Assembly: GCA_964477485.1 (NCBI GenBank)
Contig: CAYZEE010000002.1
Location: 1 to 46,635 of the forward strand
From: an uncultured Gammaproteobacteria bacterium
GTDB taxonomy: Bacteria > Patescibacteriota > Microgenomatia > Levybacterales > UBA12049
Length of the DNA stretch: 46,635 nt
Reading direction: 5' to 3'
A program made the position numbers and the translations under genes. Positions within the stretch are counted from its first letter, which is position 1; each line of letters opens with the position of its first letter. A model generated the notes under the pieces. The model saw only the letters and a list, made by a program, of their open reading frames with translations, was not told the origin of the DNA and did not search any database. Below, piece after piece: positions 8,286 through 16,669 of this stretch.

Positions 8286-8798
8286 TCAAACGGGTTTAGA
8301 AAATAACGATTGGATTATATTAAAGGCCCTATTTATGTCCTTTTTCTCAAAGATTAGTGAAATTTCAGAGTCATGGGTTTCAGCTCTTATTATATTTATT
8401 CCTTCCCATGCGATAGATTTAATGAAAAAATAAAGAATTCCTGGTGTTTTTATTGCTTTCCTGGAGAGCCTGATTGTAATTGATGATAAATTTTTGATCT
8501 TAATTTTTTCTTTTTCAAGATTCTTGATTTCTTCGGGTTCCAAAATAGAACGAACAATAATCTGAGGCGGGGTCTTGAAAATATTTCTGGTAGAATATTT
8601 AGGTTTAATTTCCAAAGCCAGTCTATTAAGAGCCATAATTATCGAAGAGTTGCTGACCTTTTTTACCAGCATTTCCTCAATCTCCGGCTTTATATAACGG
8701 GCAAGAGAGGAATTATTAATAATTCCTTTTGACATGGCCTCTGTTAAATATCTTGATCTCAAAATTATCTTTTTTGTAGCTTCAGGAACAGTTATCAT
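8286..8798 (-). CDS. hypothetical protein, possible HTH plus ACT-like regulatory domain
   Basis: 170-aa ORF. The N-terminal ...LTEAMSKGIINNSSLARYIKPEIEEM looks HTH-like and the C-terminal ~65 aa look ACT-like. The assignment is weak. Confidence 0.35.
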   Translation of the reverse strand: MITVPEATKKIILRSRYLTEAMSKGIINNSSLARYIKPEIEEMLVKKVSNSSIIMALNRLALEIKPKYSTRNIFKTPPQIIVRSILEPEEIKNLEKEKIKIKNLSSITIRLSRKAIKTPGILYFFIKSIAWEGINIIRAETHDSEISLIFEKKDINRAFNIIQSLFSKPV

Positions 8799-8883
8799 GT
8801 TTAAATTTTAACATATTTTATAAATTTTGTAAATTTTCCCCAAAAATTGACACGGTCTGCCTTCATAGACTAAGCTTCTTATC

Positions 8884-9540
8884 ATGAATATTCCAAACTA
8901 CAATATCGAATTAGCTCACATCTATGCTGATCAGAAAGTTGGACTTGAACAATATTATGGTATTAGAATCGCAAGCGAGTTTATTAAGAAAATTAAAAAT
9001 AAAGGAAGAACTTTTGTGACCTCAGTTCTTATTGATGATTATAATTCTTCTGTATTCAGTTTGAAGGAAGAGGATATTATTGATTTAGCTAAAGAATGTG
9101 ATGTTCCTATCGATTTTATTGCATATGAATCAAAATTAGATAGTGTGTGCGATAAACTTATTAAAGATATAGAAAATTCAGGTCTAAGAACGGAAAGTTT
9201 TCCAGGCAAAACCAGTCTTATAATGGAGACCAAAAACAAAAAAATAGGAATAAGAGATTATTTTGGAAATTCCCATAAGAATACTTGTGCTTCTGTGGTA
9301 GTGGCTTGGTCTCTTTGCAGGCTAGGCATTTACGATTTGTCTAAGGATACTATAGTAAAACTTTCAACAAATTCATTTATAGGCACAAATATAGTAACAG
9401 TATTACCTGAGAGATATGAATCCAACGAAGAAAAAGCGCTGGCTATTATTAAAAATACTCCATATACAGATCTACTTAGAAATATAGAATATCTTTTTTT
9501 CCAAGAAAATCTAGGAACTGGACAGTTGTATTTACAATAA
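8884..9540 (+). CDS. hypothetical protein (218 aa)
   Basis: Intact ORF, soluble, no recognisable motif. It lies 15 nt upstream of the GNAT gene. Confidence 0.45.
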   Translation: MNIPNYNIELAHIYADQKVGLEQYYGIRIASEFIKKIKNKGRTFVTSVLIDDYNSSVFSLKEEDIIDLAKECDVPIDFIAYESKLDSVCDKLIKDIENSGLRTESFPGKTSLIMETKNKKIGIRDYFGNSHKNTCASVVVAWSLCRLGIYDLSKDTIVKLSTNSFIGTNIVTVLPERYESNEEKALAIIKNTPYTDLLRNIEYLFFQENLGTGQLYLQ

Positions 9541-9555
9541 ATTTATAATAAGATT

Positions 9556-10257
9556 ATGAGAATTGAGTGTATGGAAGATACCATGGATAAAGGTGAACTA
9601 ACAAAAAATATAACTTTAACGCGAGTCACCGATATTCCAGTAGATCAGAGAGAAAAATGCCTGGATGAAATTATGGAGGTCGAGAAAAGTGCGTGGCCAC
9701 CAGAGCTTCAGGGAGAAAGAAGTAAATTTGAATCAAGAATGCAAGTATTTCCGGAGGGAATAGTATTAGCAATGATTGATGGTGAAGTAAAAGGATTTAG
9801 TACCTCTCAGATAACTACATACGACCCCGATATAAATAAAACTTGGGATGAGATCACTGACAATGGAACTTTAGTTAACACTCATAATCCAAGCGGAGAT
9901 TCTCTCTATGTTGCTTCCGTTGCAGTTGGAGCAGATGCACAAGGAAATGGTTTGGGCGCTAAGCTAGTAAAATCTCAGGAGGAGTTTGCTGCAAAGATGG
10001 GCTTAATGCGTTTATATCTTGGAGCAAGGATTCCGGGCTACGATGAATACTGCAAGGAGAATGGAGAAATATCAGTAGATGACTACTTAGCTCTTGAGAA
10101 TGGAAATGGCGAACCGTTGGATCCTGAAATAAGATTTTACCAAAGACAAGGGCTTTATCCTGCCAAAGTAATTCCTAATTTTGAGCCGGACGGTCCAAGC
10201 AGGGATTACGGTGTCGTATTGGTTTGGAAAAATCCACAAATACCTTCGCAAGTTTAA
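9556..10257 (+). CDS. GNAT-family N-acetyltransferase
   Basis: VASVAVGADAQGNGLGAKLV is a motif-A-type acetyl-CoA site (Q/RxxGxG/A). The length and layout fit a GNAT. Confidence 0.7.
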   Translation: MRIECMEDTMDKGELTKNITLTRVTDIPVDQREKCLDEIMEVEKSAWPPELQGERSKFESRMQVFPEGIVLAMIDGEVKGFSTSQITTYDPDINKTWDEITDNGTLVNTHNPSGDSLYVASVAVGADAQGNGLGAKLVKSQEEFAAKMGLMRLYLGARIPGYDEYCKENGEISVDDYLALENGNGEPLDPEIRFYQRQGLYPAKVIPNFEPDGPSRDYGVVLVWKNPQIPSQV

Positions 10258-10300
10258 AGGATCTGCTGATTTTTTGTCTCCCAGTCTGTATAATAGGTTT

Positions 10301-11797
10301 ATGTTTTGGGGAGACAAACTGCTTGAGAACATCAAAGGAAAACAGGTTATAAATGATTCCTGGACTCCGTCAGGAGTCCTTCACATGGGAGGGATAAAGG
10401 GACCTGTTCTTCATGATGTTTTATTCAAAATTTTAAGACAAAGGAAGGAAGATGCTTCCTATAGCTTTGGTTTTGATGATGCGGATCCAATTGATGGATT
10501 GCCCTCAGATTTAACTAAATCTCATTTAAGATATATGGGAGTTCCTCTTTCAATGGCTCCGGCTCCTGCAGGTGAAGGTTCATTCGGAGATTATTTTGGA
10601 AATATAATGAAGAAAGTTTTTGAAGAGTTAAACGTAGAAGCAACAATTTATAAAACAAGCGAACTTTACAAAAACGGAACATTTAATAAAGCAATTACTT
10701 TTGTTTTGGATCATGTAGATGAAATTCGGAAAGTCTATAAAGAAATTTATAAAAAACCGCTTCGAAAGGACTGGTTTCCTCTTCAAGTAATATGTCCAAA
10801 GTGCGGAAAATTGGGAACCACAAAGGTTACCTCATGGGATGGTAAAGAAGTTGAGTTTTCTTGTGAGCCCGATTTAGTTAAGTGGGCGAAGGGTTGCGGA
10901 GAAAAAGGGAAAATTTCTCCTTTTGATGGAGCGGGTAAAATGCCTTACAAAGTTGAATGGCCGGCAAAATGGTGGACTTTTAACATCACAATTGAGGGGG
11001 CAGGAAAAGATCATATGTCGGCTGGAGGAACACATAATGTCTCAGCAAAAATCTATAAAGATGTATTTAAAAAAGATCCTCCTTTGGGCTTTTCCTACGA
11101 GCATTTCCTATCAGGAGGAAGGAAAATGTCTTCATCAAAAGGAATTGGAGTAACAGCTCAAGATTTGCTTGAGGTTATCCCTCCTCAAATTTATAGATTT
11201 TTGCTTATCAAATCACCTCCAAACCAGGCAATTGAGTTTATGCCTTTCGGAACAGATATAATTCCAAAACTTTATGATGACTATCAAAGATTTTCAGAAT
11301 CATATTTCAATAAAGCTAAGGATGGAAACTCAAGAATCTTTGAACTGTCGCAAGTTGGAAAAGTTGAAAGACCGTCAGGAGTTCGTTTTTCTATACTTTC
11401 ACAATGGGTGCAGATGCCGAATATGGAAGAAGAAATTAAAAAAGAAAATCTCGAGGATCGGGCAAGGTACGCAAAATTTTGGGTCGAAAAATATGCTCCG
11501 GAGTCTGAGAGGTTTTTGGTCCAGGATAAATTACCAAAAATTGAGAAGGAGTTATCTTTAAAACAAAAAGAATTTCTGCAAAAAATTTCTAAAGAACTAG
11601 AAAAAGATTGGGATGCTGAAGGATTACAGAAAAATCTTTATGAATGGGCAAAAGAATTTGGTATCGTCCCAAAAGATGCTTTTTCATCAATTTACCTGTC
11701 CTTTTTAGGCAAAGATCACGGTCCTAAAGCAGCATGGTTAATTTTATCTCTTGATAAGGATTTTGTGAAAAAAAGGTTTGAGGATGTTTCAAAATAA
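10301..11797 (+). CDS. lysK: lysyl-tRNA synthetase, class I
   Basis: SGVLHMGGIKG (HIGH-like) and KMSSSKG (KMSKS), with class I LysRS length and architecture. The ATG at 10301 lies after the GNAT stop. The track ORF extension overlaps the GNAT gene. Confidence 0.88.
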   Translation: MFWGDKLLENIKGKQVINDSWTPSGVLHMGGIKGPVLHDVLFKILRQRKEDASYSFGFDDADPIDGLPSDLTKSHLRYMGVPLSMAPAPAGEGSFGDYFGNIMKKVFEELNVEATIYKTSELYKNGTFNKAITFVLDHVDEIRKVYKEIYKKPLRKDWFPLQVICPKCGKLGTTKVTSWDGKEVEFSCEPDLVKWAKGCGEKGKISPFDGAGKMPYKVEWPAKWWTFNITIEGAGKDHMSAGGTHNVSAKIYKDVFKKDPPLGFSYEHFLSGGRKMSSSKGIGVTAQDLLEVIPPQIYRFLLIKSPPNQAIEFMPFGTDIIPKLYDDYQRFSESYFNKAKDGNSRIFELSQVGKVERPSGVRFSILSQWVQMPNMEEEIKKENLEDRARYAKFWVEKYAPESERFLVQDKLPKIEKELSLKQKEFLQKISKELEKDWDAEGLQKNLYEWAKEFGIVPKDAFSSIYLSFLGKDHGPKAAWLILSLDKDFVKKRFEDVSK

Positions 11798-12420
11798 TGA
11801 AAAAAATTCTGGTTGCTACAAGAAATCAAGGAAAATCCGGTGAAATAAAAAAATTTTTATCCGAGTTGCCTTTTGAAACTGTTTCCCTATCGGATGTTGG
11901 GATAAATGAAGATGTTGAAGAAACAGGAAAAACTTATAAAGAAAATTCACAAAAAAAGGCTATGTTTTATGCACAAAAATCAGGTTTGCCAACCATTGCA
12001 GATGATGGAGGAATTGAAATCGGTGCGTTAAAAGGGTTGCCTGGTCTTCATAGCAAAAGATGGGCAAAAGACGAAGACGATATTATCCATAAATTAGAAA
12101 AACTGGCAAAAGAAATACCAACGAGGCAGAAAGGGGCAATATTTAAAACAGTTGTTTCGTTTGCTCTGCCAAATGGGAAAATTTGGAGCGCCCCTAGTGC
12201 TGTAAAAGGAGTAATTGCAAAAAATCCTCATCGTAGAAGAGTCACAGGATATCCCTATAGGTCATTTTTCTATCTCCCTGAAATTAAAAAATATTACCAC
12301 GAAGATGAGCTGTCAGATGAAGAACAAAAGTTGTATAATCATAGATACAAAGCAATCCAGAAGTTGAAACCTATTATTAAAAGAGAATTAGGATTTAAGA
12401 ATCAAGATTTAAGAATATGA
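11797..12420 (+). CDS. rdgB: non-canonical purine NTP pyrophosphatase (RdgB/HAM1)
   Basis: ILVATRNQGKSGEIKKFL and ADDGGIEIGALKGLPGLHSKRW match the family signatures. Confidence 0.85.
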   Translation: MKKILVATRNQGKSGEIKKFLSELPFETVSLSDVGINEDVEETGKTYKENSQKKAMFYAQKSGLPTIADDGGIEIGALKGLPGLHSKRWAKDEDDIIHKLEKLAKEIPTRQKGAIFKTVVSFALPNGKIWSAPSAVKGVIAKNPHRRRVTGYPYRSFFYLPEIKKYYHEDELSDEEQKLYNHRYKAIQKLKPIIKRELGFKNQDLRI

Positions 12421-13652
12421 TAGACTTAGATTTTATTAAAAAAAATCCGAAACTTGTTGAAAAAGGAGCAAAAGATAAGGGCATAGAAATTGATATTCAA
12501 AAAATTTTACAGCTTGATAAAGAATGTCGGGGACTATCAATTTCTGTTCAGGAACTTCGGGGGAAAAAAAATAAAGCAGCTCGCGAAAAAGACATAGAAG
12601 AAGGAAAAAAAATTAAAAGGGATCTTGAAATACAAGAGAAAGAGTTAAGATCCAAAGAAGACGAACTCCAAAAACTTCTTCTTCAAATCCCTAATCTTCC
12701 GGCAATAGATGTTAGGATTGGAAAAAATGAGAGAGAAAATGAAGTTATACGTAAATGGGGAGAGCCTGCTAGCTTTAATTTTAGTCCAAAAGACTATTCA
12801 GAATTAGGAGAATTTTTGGATATTATTGATGTTAGAACTGCCGCGAAAGTTTCGGGGACACGTTTTGGATATCTAAAAAATGAAGGAGTACTTTTGGAAT
12901 TTGCGCTCAAAGAGTTAGCTTTTGAAATTCTTCTAAAAGAGGGTTTTATTCCGATAATCCCCCCGGTTCTAATTAAGAAAGAAATAATGGATGGATTAGG
13001 ATATACACTTAATGGAGAAGAAGAAAACATTTTTTCTATTGATAAAGATAATTTCTATTTGGTGGGGACATCCGAACAGTCAATAGTCCCGATATATAAG
13101 GATCAGATTTTGCAAAAAAAAGATTTACCCAAAAGATATGTAGGTTTTTCAGCGTGCTTCAGAAGAGAAGCAGGATCTTATGGGAAAGATACCCGGGGGA
13201 TATTCAGAGTTCATCAGTTTGATAAAGTTGAAATGGTGTCTTTTGTCTGCGAAGAAGATGATGAAAAAGAACATAAATATTTATTGTCCTTGGAAGAAAA
13301 AATGTTTCAGGAATTGAAAATTCCCTACCAGGTTGTAAAAATGTGTACAGGAGATTTGGGTTTTCCGGTTGCCCGAAAATATGACATAGAAGCTTGGTTC
13401 CCTTCGGAACAAAGATATAGAGAAGTAACTTCAACGTCAACTACCACAGATTTTCAATCACGCAGATTAAACATGAGATACAAAGACGATAGTGAAAAAA
13501 AATATTTAAGAGTTTTAAATGGAACTGCATTTTCAATGAACCGCCCAATTTTAACAATCTTGGAAAATTATCAGCAAAAAGATGGAAGTGTTTTGGTACC
13601 AAAAATTTTGCAAAAATACATGCAGAAAACATCAATAAGCCCGAAAAAATAG
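12417..13652 (+). CDS. serS: seryl-tRNA synthetase
   Basis: N-terminal coiled-coil arm, class II motifs (FRREAGSYGKDTRGIFRVHQF, GTAFSMNRPILTILENYQ). ATGA overlap with rdgB. Confidence 0.95.
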   Translation: MIDLDFIKKNPKLVEKGAKDKGIEIDIQKILQLDKECRGLSISVQELRGKKNKAAREKDIEEGKKIKRDLEIQEKELRSKEDELQKLLLQIPNLPAIDVRIGKNERENEVIRKWGEPASFNFSPKDYSELGEFLDIIDVRTAAKVSGTRFGYLKNEGVLLEFALKELAFEILLKEGFIPIIPPVLIKKEIMDGLGYTLNGEEENIFSIDKDNFYLVGTSEQSIVPIYKDQILQKKDLPKRYVGFSACFRREAGSYGKDTRGIFRVHQFDKVEMVSFVCEEDDEKEHKYLLSLEEKMFQELKIPYQVVKMCTGDLGFPVARKYDIEAWFPSEQRYREVTSTSTTTDFQSRRLNMRYKDDSEKKYLRVLNGTAFSMNRPILTILENYQQKDGSVLVPKILQKYMQKTSISPKK

Positions 13653-13780
13653 TTTCGTGATTTTTGCCGTCTTTACAACCCAAACTCGTCATTTTGAAGC
13701 AAGGTATTTTACTTGACAAATTTTTAAAAATTATTCACGATTAAAATATCTTTTTTTAAGAAAAGGGGGTGATTATCTAC

Positions 13781-13810
13781 ATGGCAAAGAAAAAAAAGAA
13801 GAAGAAGTAA
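13781..13810 (+). CDS. candidate leader peptide MAKKKKKKK
   Basis: ATG is preceded at 8 nt by GGGGGTGA (13765-13772), one of the two strongest SDs in the window. There are seven consecutive Lys codons including an A8 run, then a TAA stop directly abutting a hairpin. Confidence 0.4.
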   Translation: MAKKKKKKK

Positions 13811-13851
13811 ACCCGATTAAATCGGGGTAAATTGGTAAGCTATTTGGAGCA

Positions 13852-13873
13852 TTACCAATTGATCAATTGGTAA
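13852..13873. repeat. perfect 22-nt palindrome TTACCAATTGATCAATTGGTAA
   Basis: Self-complementary over all 22 nt. Further sense copies of the half-site lie at 13830-13838 (AATTGGTAA) and 13912-13920 (AATTGGTTA). Confidence 0.8.
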
Positions 13874-13911
13874 AAACCCTGCCACAAACTAAATATTTTG
13901 GCGGGGTTTTT
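13872..13911 (+). terminator. intrinsic terminator between the mini-ORF and secA
   Basis: AAAAACCCTGCC (13872-13883) pairs with GGCGGGGTTTTT (13900-13911). The core is 7 bp and GC-rich with one G-U pair, extended by A-U pairs. The loop is 16 nt and a T5 tail follows. Confidence 0.6.
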
Positions 13912-13944
13912 AATTGGTTATGGCTATGATAAAATAAACTCATT

Positions 13945-16668
13945 ATGGCATTCATTTTTAATAAACTATTTGATTCCAACGAAAAGGAAATAAATAAGCT
14001 CAAACCAGTCGTTGAGGAAATTAATTCTCTTGAAGAGAAGATGAAAAAACTCAAGGACGAAGCTTTTTCTAAAAAAACGAAAGAATTAAAAGGACGTATT
14101 GCTGACGGTGAACCTCAAGAACTTGTTCTTCCCGAAGCTTTTGCGCTTGTCAGAGAAGCAGCACTCCGTACAATTGGTCAGAGACATTTTGATGTACAAC
14201 TTATGGCGGGAATTGTTTTATCCAGGGGAATGATTGCCGAGCAGAAAACAGGGGAAGGGAAAACTCTTTCTGCTGTCCCTGCTCTTTATTTGAATAGTTT
14301 GAAAGGCGAAAATGTGCATCTTGTTACAGTAAATGATTATTTAGCAAGGCGTGATGCGGGTTGGATGGGTCCAGTGTTTCATCTTTTGGGACTTTCTGTT
14401 TCTTCGATAATTAACGAACAGTCGTTTATCTATGATCCGGAATTCCTAGATAAGAATACTTGGGATTTTCGCTTATCACATTTGCGCCCGATTACGAGAG
14501 GAGAGGCTTATGAGACAGATGTTGCTTACGGCATCAACTCAGAATTTGGTTTTGATTATTTACGCGACAATATGGCATCTGATATATCAGAAGTTGTACA
14601 GAAGGGCTATAATTTTGCAATCGTTGATGAAGTTGACTCGGTTCTTATCGATGAAGCAAGAACGCCTCATATAATTTCAGCCCCGGATGAAGCTCCTGCT
14701 CAGAAATATTTCGATTACGCAAAGATAGTGGAAAAGTTAACTTCCGATCTGGACTACAAAATTGATGAAAAGCTCAGAACAGCTCATCTAACAGATCACG
14801 GTATTTCAAAAATTGAGAAATTATATGGCATTTCAAATATTTACGAAAGAGATTTTGATACTGTTTATCATTTGGAAGCAGCTCTTAAGGCACGAACCTT
14901 ATTCCAAAAAGAAAAAGACTATATCGTCAAAGACAATCAAGTTATCTTAGTTGATGAATTTACAGGAAGACTTATGGAGGGCAGGAGGCTTTCTGAAGGA
15001 CTGCACCAGGCCTTAGAGGCGAAAGAAGGAGTGCCGGTTCAGCGGGAATCAAAAATTCTTGCCACAGTCTCTCTTCAAAATTATTTCCGCATGTATGAAA
15101 AATTAGCAGGAATGACAGGAACGGCTGTTACAGAAGCAGAAGAGTTTCACGAAATTTATAAACTTCCGGTTGTGGTCATTCCAACCAATAAGCCAATGAC
15201 ACGCAAAGATCACGCGGATGTTGTATATAAAACCAGCAGAGCGAAATTAACAGCTGTTGCAAAGCAGATAAAGGATGCGCACAAAAAAGGCCAGCCGGTT
15301 TTGGTAGGCACCACATCAATTGATAAAAATGAAATAATCTCAGAGCTTCTCAGGCGACGTGGAATAAGACACGAGCTTTTAAATGCCAAGAATCATGTCA
15401 GGGAAGCAGAGATTATTGCAAAAGCCGGAGAAAAAGGAGCAGTTACGGTTGCGACCAACATGGCAGGCCGTGGAGTTGACATTATTTTGGGAGGAGAAGC
15501 CCCTAAGGGAAAAGACGGAAAAGAAGCCAGAGATGACAAGGAATGGAGGGATTGGGAGAAAAGACATAAAGAAGTTATTGATGCAGGCGGGCTTTTTGTA
15601 ATAGGCACAGAAAGACATGAGTCACGAAGAATCGATAATCAACTGCGGGGAAGAAGTGGACGTCAAGGAGATCCCGGAATGTCGCTCTTTTTTGTTGCTC
15701 TGGATGATGAGATTATGCGAATCTTTGGAGGCGACACAATTGCAGGAATAATGACCAGATTTAATATGCCGGAAGATGTACCTCTTCAGCATGGCATTGT
15801 TTCGCGTGCAATAGAGCAGGCGCAAAGTAAGGTCGAAAGATTTAACTTCGATATAAGGAAGCATCTGGTTGAATATGATGACGTCTTGAATAAACAAAGA
15901 GAGATTATTTATAAAAGAAGAAGAAAAATTCTTGAATCTATTAAGGACAGTGAAAATGCGGCAGCTTTAAAAGATGATGTTCTACAAAAAATCGAGGATG
16001 CTATAGCCTCGCTGGTAAATATTAAAACCGGTGAGATTTTCGAAGATGGCAAATCACAAGATGCGAAGATAATTGAAGAGTTCGTTACGATAATTCCTTT
16101 TGATCAAGAGTCACAAAGACAGCTAACTGCGCAGCTTGCCCAATTACCAAATACTGATGAGAAAACAAATTTCCTAGCCTCTATTTCAAAAGATGTTTAT
16201 GGGCAGCGTGAAAAACAAATGGGAATAGAATTAATGGGGCAAATAGAAAAGTTTGTAACGCTGTCTGTTATTGATAATTTATGGGTTGATCATTTAGATG
16301 CGATAGAGAATTTAAGGCAGGGAATTGGCCTTCGCGGCTATGGGCAAAGAGATCCATTGATTGAATATAAAAATGAAGCTTTTACAATGTTTGAGCAGCT
16401 AATAGCAGGAATAGATGACCAGATTATCCATAGAATTTATAAAATTCAAGTCGAACAAATGCCTCCTCCTGTTCCCCAGCATCAGCATATGGTAAAACAG
16501 GCGGCGGGTGATACATCAGTTTCGCCGGAACTTAGAAGTAGGGAAGTAAGTCAACCTCCAGGACAAAAAGCAGATAATAAACCGATAGATAAAAAGAAAT
16601 TGGGCAGAAATAATCCATGTTGGTGCGGAAGCGGTAAGAAGTATAAGAAGTGTCACTGGCCGAATTAA
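13945..16668 (+). CDS. secA: preprotein translocase ATPase SecA
   Basis: Walker A region (MIAEQKTGEGKT), DEAD-like VDEVDS, ATNMAGRGVDI, and the C-terminal zinc motif CWCGSGKKYKKCH. Confidence 0.97.
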   Translation: MAFIFNKLFDSNEKEINKLKPVVEEINSLEEKMKKLKDEAFSKKTKELKGRIADGEPQELVLPEAFALVREAALRTIGQRHFDVQLMAGIVLSRGMIAEQKTGEGKTLSAVPALYLNSLKGENVHLVTVNDYLARRDAGWMGPVFHLLGLSVSSIINEQSFIYDPEFLDKNTWDFRLSHLRPITRGEAYETDVAYGINSEFGFDYLRDNMASDISEVVQKGYNFAIVDEVDSVLIDEARTPHIISAPDEAPAQKYFDYAKIVEKLTSDLDYKIDEKLRTAHLTDHGISKIEKLYGISNIYERDFDTVYHLEAALKARTLFQKEKDYIVKDNQVILVDEFTGRLMEGRRLSEGLHQALEAKEGVPVQRESKILATVSLQNYFRMYEKLAGMTGTAVTEAEEFHEIYKLPVVVIPTNKPMTRKDHADVVYKTSRAKLTAVAKQIKDAHKKGQPVLVGTTSIDKNEIISELLRRRGIRHELLNAKNHVREAEIIAKAGEKGAVTVATNMAGRGVDIILGGEAPKGKDGKEARDDKEWRDWEKRHKEVIDAGGLFVIGTERHESRRIDNQLRGRSGRQGDPGMSLFFVALDDEIMRIFGGDTIAGIMTRFNMPEDVPLQHGIVSRAIEQAQSKVERFNFDIRKHLVEYDDVLNKQREIIYKRRRKILESIKDSENAAALKDDVLQKIEDAIASLVNIKTGEIFEDGKSQDAKIIEEFVTIIPFDQESQRQLTAQLAQLPNTDEKTNFLASISKDVYGQREKQMGIELMGQIEKFVTLSVIDNLWVDHLDAIENLRQGIGLRGYGQRDPLIEYKNEAFTMFEQLIAGIDDQIIHRIYKIQVEQMPPPVPQHQHMVKQAAGDTSVSPELRSREVSQPPGQKADNKPIDKKKLGRNNPCWCGSGKKYKKCHWPN

Positions 16669-16669
16669 G

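Noticed and set aside
10181-10300. Upstream extension of the lysK ORF.
   Set aside because: It overlaps the end of the GNAT gene. It has no similarity to LysRS N-termini. The first plausible start, after the GNAT stop, is ATG 10301.
13713-13747. A TTGACA box that could drive the mini-ORF transcript.
   Set aside because: The best -10 at 17-nt spacing is only CACGAT, and the good TAAAAT hexamer is 23 nt away. I therefore did not list it as a promoter feature.
13920-13937. A tiny ORF, ATG GCT ATG ATA AAA TAA (MAMIK), just before secA.
   Set aside because: It has no SD at a usable distance and is too short to evaluate. I mention it only as a possible coupling element.
15379-15897. A cluster of 71-91-aa ORFs in other frames and strands within secA.
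   Set aside because: They are all embedded in the conserved SecA motor domain. They are shadow ORFs.
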